Origin: an uncultured Desulfobacter sp.
Lineage (GTDB): Bacteria; Desulfobacterota; Desulfobacteria; Desulfobacterales; Desulfobacteraceae
Direction: 5' to 3'
DNA length: 64,000 nucleotides
NCBI GenBank assembly: GCA_963665095.1
Contig: OY762069.1
Location: 352,001 to 416,000, forward strand
Both the position numbers and the translations under genes were made by a program. The notes under the pieces were generated by a model. That model had not been told where the DNA came from, searched no databases, and saw only the letters and a list, made by a program, of their open reading frames with translations. Shown here piece after piece: positions 19,803 through 27,965 of this stretch; within the stretch, counting starts at the first letter, position 1; each line of letters opens with the position of its first letter.

Positions 19803-21842
19803 TTATAGCTTAAACGTTACGCCTGCATAAACAGAGCGGGATACTTCCACAGGATAGCTGAACGCTTCCTGGACAAATTCGAGGTGGCTGTCTTCCAGCA
19901 GGTTCTGGCCGACCAGGAAAAATTCCAGGTCGGGACGTATCTTCCATCCTAAACGCAGGTCCAGGGTGGTATAGTCGTCAATATCGTAAATAGCGTCAGA
20001 ATTAAGCCCATACGTCGCTTTGGTTTTGCCCACATATCGAAGCCATGTATCCAGGGTCAGGTTCTGCAGCAGATCATATCTGTACCTTAATGATGCCTGG
20101 TGTCTGGTGAATCCAAAATCCAGTTCAAAATCCTCGTCGTTGTCATAGGAGTGGCGGGTAAAACTGTATGCCAGAGTCCATTTGGTTTTTTTACCCGTGG
20201 CCAGGTCCATGGAAAGTTCTGCTCCCCAGGAGTGTGCATTGGACATGTTGCTCAGCTCAATTTCCTGTATGAGGATATTATTCTGTGCGTCATAATAGGG
20301 GCTGTCTACCGGGGCGTAAATTCTTAACTTTTCATAATCATTATAAAATAGGGCAAGGTCTAAGGAAAATTGAGCACCATGGATAAACCGGTATCCGGCC
20401 TCATATGCCCAAAGCGTTTCCTCTTCCTGGTCCTCATTATTCAGAAATCGGCTGTACAAAGGAATTCCGTATGCCGTATCCTGGCCGGAAATCCAGATCG
20501 AGGCATTGGTTTCCACCCGTGAGGGAATTCTTACCGCCCGTGATACTGCCGTCCACACCCTGTGATGTTCACCTGGAATCCACATCAGTCGTGATGTGGG
20601 TTGACATTCAAATCCGGTGTAGTCATTGTGTTCAAATTTGGATCCTATGGTCAGCTTGACCTGATTGTCCAGCATGGAGATTTCATCCTGGATAAATGCG
20701 GAGTAGAGATTGTCCCTGGTGCTGACTGGGTCTATGACTGCTATTTTTGAGCCGTTGAAATTATCCTTTGAAATTCTCAGTCGCAAACCCCATATAATAT
20801 CATTGACATCCAGTAATCCAAACCGGTGCTGGAAATCCATATCAAAGTTCTTGCGATCCTCATTCAGGATATCCTCATACCGTTTCATTGCATCGTAATA
20901 CATCTGAAGGGACATCTCTGAATTCCCTGACAGGGTTCTGGTCCAGCGGCCAAGTATATTTCCACCGGATACGTTGGTCTTTGTCGGAAAATCATCCATA
21001 TAGGGGGAGGATTCGCTGATGAGATAAAGATCCTGATGGATATGTCCGTTGTAAACATCTCCCTGGAGAGTCACACTGTCCGACGGCGTCAGGCCTGCGT
21101 CCATCCTGAAGCCTGCCTGGTTCATCATCCAGTCATCACCGGCGTCCTCACCGGACACACGTTCAAATTCATCCCTGTCCCGGTGCTGGGCATACAACCG
21201 CCAGGAAATATCCTTGCCAATGGTATCGCCATACCTTACGGCAGCCATGTTTTTTTCTACGGTACCCAGGGATGCCTGCACAAATCCTCCCTGCGTGTCC
21301 CTGGAAGAGCGGGTGATGATATTGATCACTCCGTTTACGGCGTTGGACCCCCAGACAGTGGCCCCGGGCCCCCGGATCACTTCGATGCGGTCCACATCTT
21401 CCAGCAGCACATCGGTTACCTCCCAGTAAACGCCTGAAAAACTTGGCGTGTAGACGCTGCGTCCGTCAACAAGTACCTGGAGACTGGGAGAAAACCGGCT
21501 GTTAAAACCCCGGCAGTTCACTGCCCATTTATTGCTGTCGATGCGTGCCACATTCACCCCGGGAACCATGCGCAGGGCATCGGGGATGTTTGTGATCCCG
21601 GAACGTCTGATTTCGTCACGGGTGATGACAAAGACTGCGGCAGCACTGTCAGACAGCCGCTGGCTTTTTTTATTCACGGAAGTGACCTTGATATTCATGA
21701 GCTCTTCTATGGAAAACTGTGTCAGGTCCTGGTCCGGGGATCCGGCACAGACCACCTGCACATCACCCACTACAAGGCACAGGACAATCAGGCACAACAG
21801 ATATATATTTTTAAGATATACATTCAAGGGCTTTTCCCTCAC
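19803..21842 (-). CDS. TonB-dependent outer-membrane receptor
   Basis: SIEELMNIKVTSV, plug DALRMVPG...LVDGRSVY...RIEVIRGPGATVWGSNAVNGVINIIT, C-terminal NLL...RSVYAGVTFKL. Confidence 0.93.
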   Translation of the reverse strand: MREKPLNVYLKNIYLLCLIVLCLVVGDVQVVCAGSPDQDLTQFSIEELMNIKVTSVNKKSQRLSDSAAAVFVITRDEIRRSGITNIPDALRMVPGVNVARIDSNKWAVNCRGFNSRFSPSLQVLVDGRSVYTPSFSGVYWEVTDVLLEDVDRIEVIRGPGATVWGSNAVNGVINIITRSSRDTQGGFVQASLGTVEKNMAAVRYGDTIGKDISWRLYAQHRDRDEFERVSGEDAGDDWMMNQAGFRMDAGLTPSDSVTLQGDVYNGHIHQDLYLISESSPYMDDFPTKTNVSGGNILGRWTRTLSGNSEMSLQMYYDAMKRYEDILNEDRKNFDMDFQHRFGLLDVNDIIWGLRLRISKDNFNGSKIAVIDPVSTRDNLYSAFIQDEISMLDNQVKLTIGSKFEHNDYTGFECQPTSRLMWIPGEHHRVWTAVSRAVRIPSRVETNASIWISGQDTAYGIPLYSRFLNNEDQEEETLWAYEAGYRFIHGAQFSLDLALFYNDYEKLRIYAPVDSPYYDAQNNILIQEIELSNMSNAHSWGAELSMDLATGKKTKWTLAYSFTRHSYDNDEDFELDFGFTRHQASLRYRYDLLQNLTLDTWLRYVGKTKATYGLNSDAIYDIDDYTTLDLRLGWKIRPDLEFFLVGQNLLEDSHLEFVQEAFSYPVEVSRSVYAGVTFKL

Positions 21843-22096
21843 TGGGTTATGAAACGGTTATCCGGATCTGGAAGGATAAGCTTTCCATAAGATTTGCCGT
21901 TCAGGCAGAGCAATCGGCTTGAATTAAAATCTGCTTAAGTCGATTATTTATGAATCTATTACATTCATATCATTTTTTAACGTGTAACCCCGTTATTGTC
22001 AATTGTTTCTAGGCATCCGGGGAGGGTAACCGCATTAATAATAATACACGTAATCTCCAATAAAGTTGAATGCAAATCTGCGGTTCAACCCGTTCC

Positions 22097-22332
22097 GGCC
22101 CACCTGCCTGCCGTTCGCTGAAATCCGTTTGCACAACTTCTAAATTTGCTACGCTAAACTGCAAAAACTGCGGTCCAGTTGGTCCTCAAACAGTTGTAAG
22201 ATGCTCACTTGCAGGCAGGTCCTCAAACAGTTGTAAGCATAAGCTTCTCTTCGAGCGCAGTTCTTAACGCTGCGCTGCATTAAGAGTTTGTAGCAAACGA
22301 ATCCCTGATGCTCACTTGCAGGCAGGTGGGCC
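22097..22332. repeat. Long palindromic (REP/MITE-like) element with internal duplications
   Basis: Perfect 15-bp IR GGCCCACCTGCCTGC (22097-22111)/GCAGGCAGGTGGGCC (22318-22332), nested imperfect IRs, direct repeats 22181-22200 = 22218-22237 and 22200-22220 = 22307-22327. Confidence 0.75.
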
Positions 22333-22466
22333 TCCACTGGAGGACCTTAACAAAATCACGGATGGTTTTCCCTTGCCTTGAGAAATTTTAGAAAGCATCA
22401 GAGAAACGATATTTTATTGTGGTTGCCCGTCTCTATCCTGGGGTAATGCCAAATGCGTAGCGAAGA

Positions 22467-22635
22467 GGCTTTGGGCAGGCTGTGTGGCGCGTTAAGCTGG
22501 AATTTTTACAGCCTTTTAATGCGGCGGCGCGGTTAAAAGAAAAAGCTGTCTGACCGAAGGGAGTTTTTTTCAGCAAAGCGGAATTTAAAGGCTGTTAAGA
22601 ATCTTTGCCTGCGGAACAACAGCCTGCCCAACGCC
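22467..22635. repeat. Second long palindromic (REP-like) element
   Basis: TTGGGCAGGCTGT (22471-22483)/ACAGCCTGCCCAA (22619-22631), inner ACAGCCTTT/AAAGGCTGT stem, core CTGTCTGACCGAAGGGAGTT. Confidence 0.7.
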
Positions 22636-22860
22636 GGATTGGAATTTGAAAGGGGGGATGAAAAAAATAGGGGACAGAGAGGAGTCTACTTTATTAAATT
22701 GATTCTTGATTTTTTATGCCGGGGAGGGGTAATCTCCAATAAAATTTTTCTCAGTGGTTCAAGGCAGACACAATATGTACTGGCCGGATATTTTCAGAAA
22801 AAGCGTTTATAAATATCATTGCGCGGTCTGCTTTACTGAAAGCAAAGTTGAATAAAAATG

Positions 22861-22893
22861 AAAAAGGCAGAGCCATTATGGTCCCGCCTTTTT
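22861..22893 (-). terminator. Intrinsic terminator of the PEP-CTERM gene
   Basis: Minus strand GGCGGGACCA-TAA-TGGCTCTGCC-TTTTT (stem with GU pairs), about 25 nt after the stop codon. Confidence 0.6.
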
Positions 22894-22917
22894 CAAGCGA
22901 TTAATATTTTAGAACTT

Positions 22918-23520
22918 TTATTGTTTTTTCTTTCTTGATGCTCCTGCAGTACCTAATAGACCAATGCCGAAAAGAATCATTGTGGCGGGTTCAGGAACGG
23001 GATTAGGTGTCCATTTAGCATATAAGAAACTTGTATTGTCATGATCCAAATTCCATAGTACTTCTGCATAGGCTCCGCTAAAGACCTCGTCGTTTGAAGC
23101 AGAGTTTAAAGCTTCTACGACCCAAACAGCATCAAAGGTCTCTGTCCCTCCTGATGGGGTATTATTTGTAATTTCCAATTCTAGTTCATAGGGTGTTAAA
23201 ATGTAAACTTGATTGTGTGTTACATTAATTATATCCCAAGGTTGTGAATCAAACAGATTAACTCCAGCATCAATTAGCACCTGGTCTAACAATGACTGGC
23301 TTGCAATTTGGGCATCACTGATGGTTGTAAAGGCAAAGTTATAATCTGGACCCCAGATATTCTGTGCTGTATCTTTCACAAATTCAACGTCATAAAAATT
23401 TCCATTCACTTCAACACCTGTGGCACCCAATAATTTTCCGCTCCCGTCAATATCAAGCATTACAGCTTGCGAATAAGTTGAAAAAGCAACAACCCATAAA
23501 AAAGAATAAGTTAAAAATAA
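22918..23520 (-). pseudogene. PEP-CTERM (exosortase-target) surface protein separated from its start codon
   Basis: C-terminus VPEPATMILFGIGLLGTAGASRKKKQ. The frame continues upstream of Met 23460 through a signal-peptide-like stretch (LFLTYSFLWVVAFSTYSQA) to TGA at 23521-23523 with no start codon. RBS plus ATGAAAAAA lie at 24331-24343, beyond an IS fragment. Confidence 0.8.
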
Positions 23521-23521
23521 T

Positions 23522-24242
23522 CAGTAAGGTTGTTGCATATAAAAAATATCTAAAATTATTCAAAAAACGTCAATGACAAATGTGCGTAAAAATTTTTGCG
23601 CGCCTTGAAAAATTTTATTGACGCGCATTTCAATTACCAAAGCCATCTGAATTTTGACAAGTTCCGCAGGTCGCTTCCACAAGCACCAGAATTGCAATCT
23701 CGAGGAGACCGACCTTTAAAAATGACATTCGAAGACCTTGCCCTGATTTATTTTCATCTGCAGGAACACAAATCAGCCCGGCATTTAGTCCAAGATCTCA
23801 AGGAAAATATGCCAAAGAACATATTGCTCCGGAAGGCGGTATCAGCCGCAGCAGCTTTTGTGAAGCAGTCAACCACCGAGGGCTTGAACAACTGCAAAAG
23901 ATCTTTTAAACAGGCTGTTGGGTGCCTGCCAAAGGAGCATGCCGAGTTGGGCGATCTGGTTTCCATTGACGGCAGCCTTATAAATGCCGTCCTTTCTGCA
24001 TTGGGCAAACTACAGGAAAGGAAGTAAAAAAGCCAAAGCGCATTATTTGACATAAATCACGGCATTCCAAACAAAATATTTCAACGGCGGGGAGCGCCCT
24101 TTTGTCCCAAAGATACTTACCGAGGGGCAAACAGGTGTTTTGGCTATCATCACATCACGATTTTGACTTGCTCAGGCACAAGGCAAGCATTTTGTTTGCC
24201 GTATAAAAGCCAAAACAACCAGAACGGTAATTGAGACTCACG
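23522..24242 (+). mobile_element. Decayed, 3'-truncated IS4-family transposase fragment
   Basis: Across shifting frames: PELQSRGDRPLKMTFED, LIYFHLQEHKSARHLVQDLKEN, GGISRSSFCEAVNHRGLEQLQ, LGDLVSIDGS (first D of DDE), FDINHGIPNKIF, GKHFVCRIKAKT. Many small deletions; boundaries approximate. Confidence 0.8.
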
Positions 24243-24345
24243 ATTTTCCGCTCCCGTCAACTATGGCAGCATTACAGCTTGCTATGAAAAAGCAACAACC
24301 CATAAAAAAGAATAAGTAAAAATTTTTTCATTGCATCTCCTTATA
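24243..24345 (-). repeat. Second, diverged copy of the PEP-CTERM 5' end carrying the RBS and start codon
   Basis: 24243-24323 matches 23433-23518 (ATTTTCCGCTCCCGTCAA...AGCATTACAGCTTGC...TGAAAAAGCAACAACCCATAAAAAAGAATAAGT). Minus strand reads AAGGAG-atgca-ATG AAA AAA TTT TTA CTT ATT. Confidence 0.85.
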
Positions 24346-24522
24346 TAATTAAATTTATCGCTTTTAATTTTCCCCTTTCAAAAACTCTTACACGATCTAT
24401 TTGTTTTTTCGGGAAAAATCTATTGGTAGAAATGCGTATTTAGAGGGTTATAAAATCTGACGGGATAATTCTGATTCAGTATTCCCTCGATGTGATCTTT
24501 TAGCTGATGATATATCAGATGA

Positions 24523-24677
24523 CAGAATCGCTGTTAGGGAAGGTGTCAGGCCGAACGGCAGGGGCTTGCGAATACGAAAGTTCAGGCGTAAAAAACAAGC
24601 AGAATCGCTGTTAGGGAAGGTGTCAGGCCGAACGGCAGGGGCTTGCGAATACGAAAGTTCAGGCGTAAAAAACAAGC
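24523..24677. repeat. Exact 77-bp tandem duplication
   Basis: CAGAATCGCTGTTAGGGAAGG...GGCGTAAAAAACAAG starts at 24523 and again at 24600, with no spacer. Confidence 0.95.
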
Positions 24678-24793
24678 GATAGTTTTCATGGTGAATCTGA
24701 AAACGGGACCTTTTTTAGTTGTGGCTACCTTTCCAAATAATATTTAGTGTTGTATATTTATTTTAATTGTTTCATTTAAAGGGAAATTTAAGC

Positions 24794-25054
24794 ATGACTG
24801 AAACAAAAAAAAATGTCAGTTTTTCATTGGGTGCGCGTGACCGTGCATTTATTGAAAGCCAGGTGGAACATGGTCGTTTTGGTAATAGAACAGAAGTTGT
24901 AAGGGCAGGGTTGCGTCTTTTGGAAGACTATGAGTATAGACAAAAGCTACAGCGTTTACGGACTGAAATTGCAAAGGGCGATGCAGATATAAAAGCCGGG
25001 CGGGTAACTGAATATGACAGTGCAACCTCTCTATTCAATGACATCATGGTCTAA
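24794..25054 (+). CDS. parD: ParD-family (RHH) antitoxin
   Basis: VSFSLG...FIESQVEHGRFGNRTEVVRAGLRLLE...LRTEIAKGDAD; immediately upstream of a ParE-like frame. Confidence 0.88.
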   Translation: MTETKKNVSFSLGARDRAFIESQVEHGRFGNRTEVVRAGLRLLEDYEYRQKLQRLRTEIAKGDADIKAGRVTEYDSATSLFNDIMV

Positions 25055-25066
25055 AATAAGGTAGGT

Positions 25067-25368
25067 ATGACATTAAATCCTTTAGTTTAATCCTGACTGA
25101 TCAGGCTGTAGCAGATTTAAAGGATATTCGAGACGTTATTGCCCGGGAAAATCCAAGCGCATCATCATTTATTAAGGATCTTACGGATAAGTTAAAAGAC
25201 CTTTCAGATAAGGGGGCTACCGGCTCACCAAGGGACTGGGTAAGCACAGGATTAAGGGGATTTCCTTACAAAGGGCGTTGTTTTTATTTCCGAATTATCA
25301 AAGACAAAATGATTGTGGTCCGAATACTTCATGGGAAACAGGATGTCACGGCACAATCCTTCTTCTAA
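25067..25368 (+). pseudogene. parE: ParE/RelE-family toxin with an apparent frameshift just after the start (not in the ORF track)
   Basis: Frame 25087-25368: LILTDQAVADLKDIRDVIARENPSASSFIKDL...GSPRDWVSTGLRGFPYKGRCFYFRI...VVRILHGKQD. ATG 25067 is in another frame, and in-frame TAA lies at 25057-25059. Confidence 0.8.
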
Positions 25369-25579
25369 ACAGGAAATCCGTAAAGATCATAAGAGAAACA
25401 GGGTTGCAAGAAACCCAAAAATTAAAGTTGCTCTCCAATTACCTTTATGGACGGTACCCTAATATCATGCCGGATTATAAATGCAAAGACCCTGGGCATC
25501 CAGGACATTTGCCGGGAGATAGGAGTGCTTTCCGGCAGGTTGTGTTAAGGAAAAAGCATGCAAAAACTGGTTAGCACAT

Positions 25580-26578
25580 TTAATGTGATACCTTTTCAAG
25601 AAGGGTGTGATAGGCATTGTTGAGCGTGACAAAGGTGTCATGGTCGCCGCCGGTATCCGGATGGTGCTGCCTGGCAAGACGCCTGAAGGTCCGGGTCAGT
25701 TCCTTTTTCCCCATGGTTTTAAGTTCCCTGGCAGTGAGATTAAACATTTTGAAGGCCTGGGACAGGGGCATATCAGACGCAGGCTTTCCGGGGCGAAAAA
25801 ATCGGCTGTTTTGCCGGAATTGAAAATTTTTGACCATATCATCCAGAAGGACGGTGTCGCCGTAACTGTGGTCAAAAAACATGATGGCATACCGGATCAG
25901 GTAATCATGCAGATGGGAGGTCAGATTAAAAAGGGACTTATTCAACAGACAAAGTTCCTGGATAAAAAACGACTCCACCTTTTCCTGATCCAGGGCATGG
26001 GGCATCTTTCTGGCCATAAATCCCTGGAAAAATCGCTGGAGATCAAACACGGTATACACATAGGACTTAAGATCCCTTTTCCTCAACACCCGTTCCTGAT
26101 CCATGAACCGTTGTTCTATTTCATCCCTGGATTTATTGTGACATTGTCTGAAAACCGCTGCCGGCATATTGACAAGGGGCCCCTGATCCATATTGCCGAA
26201 TTTCAGGAAGTGTGCCCGGCGTTTGTCAAAGGTGTGAACCTCTCCGGAAATGACCAGTTTCTCTTCCTTTGTCAGGGGGGTATAGGCTGTAAAGGCGCGC
26301 TGTCTGAAGGTCTGGGTTGCCCTGCGGATGGCAGGCCGGATAAAGGGCCAGAACAGATCTTCAAGCCGGCTGCTGTCGAATTCTTTGGCAAGGCATGAGA
26401 TCCGATCTTCCAGATCCGGGCTCAGATACCAGGCATTGCCCCCGGGATAATCGATCCATGCGCCGGGGCAGGGGCCTAAATCAAAGATGTCCCGGGCCAC
26501 CATGTGATCGCCCCGTTTGACTGACTCTCGCAAAATATAGGTTGTCTGCCTGTTTATATTTACCTTTGCCAGATACAT
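25580..26578 (-). CDS. Protein with a C-terminal DnaJ (J) domain
   Basis: C-terminal FRRLARQHHPDTGGDHDTFVTLNNAY (HPD motif); N-terminal ~270 aa not recognised. Confidence 0.8.
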   Translation of the reverse strand: MYLAKVNINRQTTYILRESVKRGDHMVARDIFDLGPCPGAWIDYPGGNAWYLSPDLEDRISCLAKEFDSSRLEDLFWPFIRPAIRRATQTFRQRAFTAYTPLTKEEKLVISGEVHTFDKRRAHFLKFGNMDQGPLVNMPAAVFRQCHNKSRDEIEQRFMDQERVLRKRDLKSYVYTVFDLQRFFQGFMARKMPHALDQEKVESFFIQELCLLNKSLFNLTSHLHDYLIRYAIMFFDHSYGDTVLLDDMVKNFQFRQNSRFFRPGKPASDMPLSQAFKMFNLTARELKTMGKKELTRTFRRLARQHHPDTGGDHDTFVTLNNAYHTLLEKVSH

Positions 26579-26583
26579 CGTTG

Positions 26584-27729
26584 TTATCCGTGGGCGCCTG
26601 AGTTCTTATAAGCAAGGGTTTCCAAGGTTACCAGGTTGTACTTGCGGGTACCAAGACCGATATCTTCAGCATACTTGAGCTGGTGTTCCCAGTCCACATA
26701 GGGATAAAGCCCTTTAAACTTGTCTTCTCCCGGGGCCAGGTGGGTAGTCAGAACGGAATTGGGAAGGCCCTGCTGCTGGTTGACCAGATCGGCACAGGCC
26801 TGGTCAATGGCCACCGGGTCTGAAGAGGCCACCACCCCGATGTTGTTGCAGATAGGGGCTTCGGCATAGGGCAGGCAGTCGCATTTGGGGGATACATCGG
26901 TGATAAAATTGACAAACAGACATTTGCCGGCCTTGTTTTTAAGGACGCCTGCGGTATATTCCATCATTTTTTCAAGAAACACCGGTACATCCTGGTTCCA
27001 GTTGATGTTGATGGATTGCGTGGGGCAGCGCACAATGCATTCGGCACAGCCAATGCAGTCATCCTTGTTAATATAGGCTTTTTTTTCTTCAATATAGATG
27101 GCGTCACCGGGGCAGTGCCGGGCACACAGCCCGCACCCGATGCAGGTTTTCCTTTTTACCTTCGGGCTGACATTGGAGTGCTGGTCCAGCTTTCCCCTGC
27201 GGGAGGCACACCCCATGCCTAAATTTTTCAGGGTCCCTCCGAATCCGGACAGCTCATGCCCTTTAAAATGGGCCACAGAAACAATGGCATTGGCGTTGAC
27301 AATCTCCGATCCGATGAACACCTCCTTGTTATGCTTCAGCCCCACTGTCACAGCAGTTTCACTTTTACCAAACAAACCGTCTGCAATGATCAGAGGGGCG
27401 CCGTCCATGGAAGAATAGGAAAAACCATTTTCCACCGCCGTTTTGATATGTGATACTGCATCAGACCGGGTGCCGACGTACAGTGTGTTGGCATCGGTGA
27501 GAAAGGGTGCGGCACCTGCTTTTCTGATGGCCCGGATAACTTTACGGATAAATATCGGCCGGATATAGGCGGTATTTCCCTGCTCTCCAAAGTGGATCTT
27601 TACGGCTGTCAGATCATTATCATCCACGATATTGGAGAGCCCTGCCGTCGTCAGCAGTCGTTCCAGTTTGGCCGGCAGGTTTTCCCTTGATGTGGCTGTC
27701 ATATCCATGAAAAATACATCCGCCCCCAT
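26584..27729 (-). CDS. DUF362 family iron-sulfur protein with a 2[4Fe-4S] ferredoxin insert
   Basis: AVKIHFGEQGN, HFKGHELSGFGGTLKNLGMGC, CIGCGLCARHCP and CIGCAECIVRCP, CDC, SSDPVAIDQAC. Confidence 0.88.
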   Translation of the reverse strand: MGADVFFMDMTATSRENLPAKLERLLTTAGLSNIVDDNDLTAVKIHFGEQGNTAYIRPIFIRKVIRAIRKAGAAPFLTDANTLYVGTRSDAVSHIKTAVENGFSYSSMDGAPLIIADGLFGKSETAVTVGLKHNKEVFIGSEIVNANAIVSVAHFKGHELSGFGGTLKNLGMGCASRRGKLDQHSNVSPKVKRKTCIGCGLCARHCPGDAIYIEEKKAYINKDDCIGCAECIVRCPTQSININWNQDVPVFLEKMMEYTAGVLKNKAGKCLFVNFITDVSPKCDCLPYAEAPICNNIGVVASSDPVAIDQACADLVNQQQGLPNSVLTTHLAPGEDKFKGLYPYVDWEHQLKYAEDIGLGTRKYNLVTLETLAYKNSGAHG

Positions 27730-27965
27730 GTGTGCCTCCTTTTGTTTGGTTTTTGACCAGGTTTTCAGATTGGGCTTAAAGGATAAAGTATCTGTGATGG
27801 AAATTCAATACAGGTAAAAATGTCCACCGATAATGCTTTCCGGTATCAGTCTTGCTTGGTCTTTCTGAGAACAAAATTTGCTGATATGCCCTGCAGGGAA
27901 TTTGACTTGGCTGTTTGGGCATGCTAAAACCCTTTGCACACCATGGATATGGTAATAACACGCCC

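Larger units (their letters stand above)
22017..22743. repeat. Direct repeats bracketing the hairpin region
   Basis: CCGGGGAGGG at 22017-22026 and 22719-22728; GTAATCTCCAATAAA at 22050-22064 and 22729-22743. Confidence 0.7.

Noticed and set aside
21843..22100. Possible cobalamin riboswitch or Fur box upstream of the TonB receptor
   Set aside because: No B12-box or Fur consensus could be recognised.
24523..24677. Tandem repeat as a CRISPR array
   Set aside because: Two 77-bp units, no spacers and no cas genes.
25278..25677. 98-aa and 70-aa ORFs after parD
   Set aside because: They overlap parE or the J-domain gene in other frames and show no recognisable motif.
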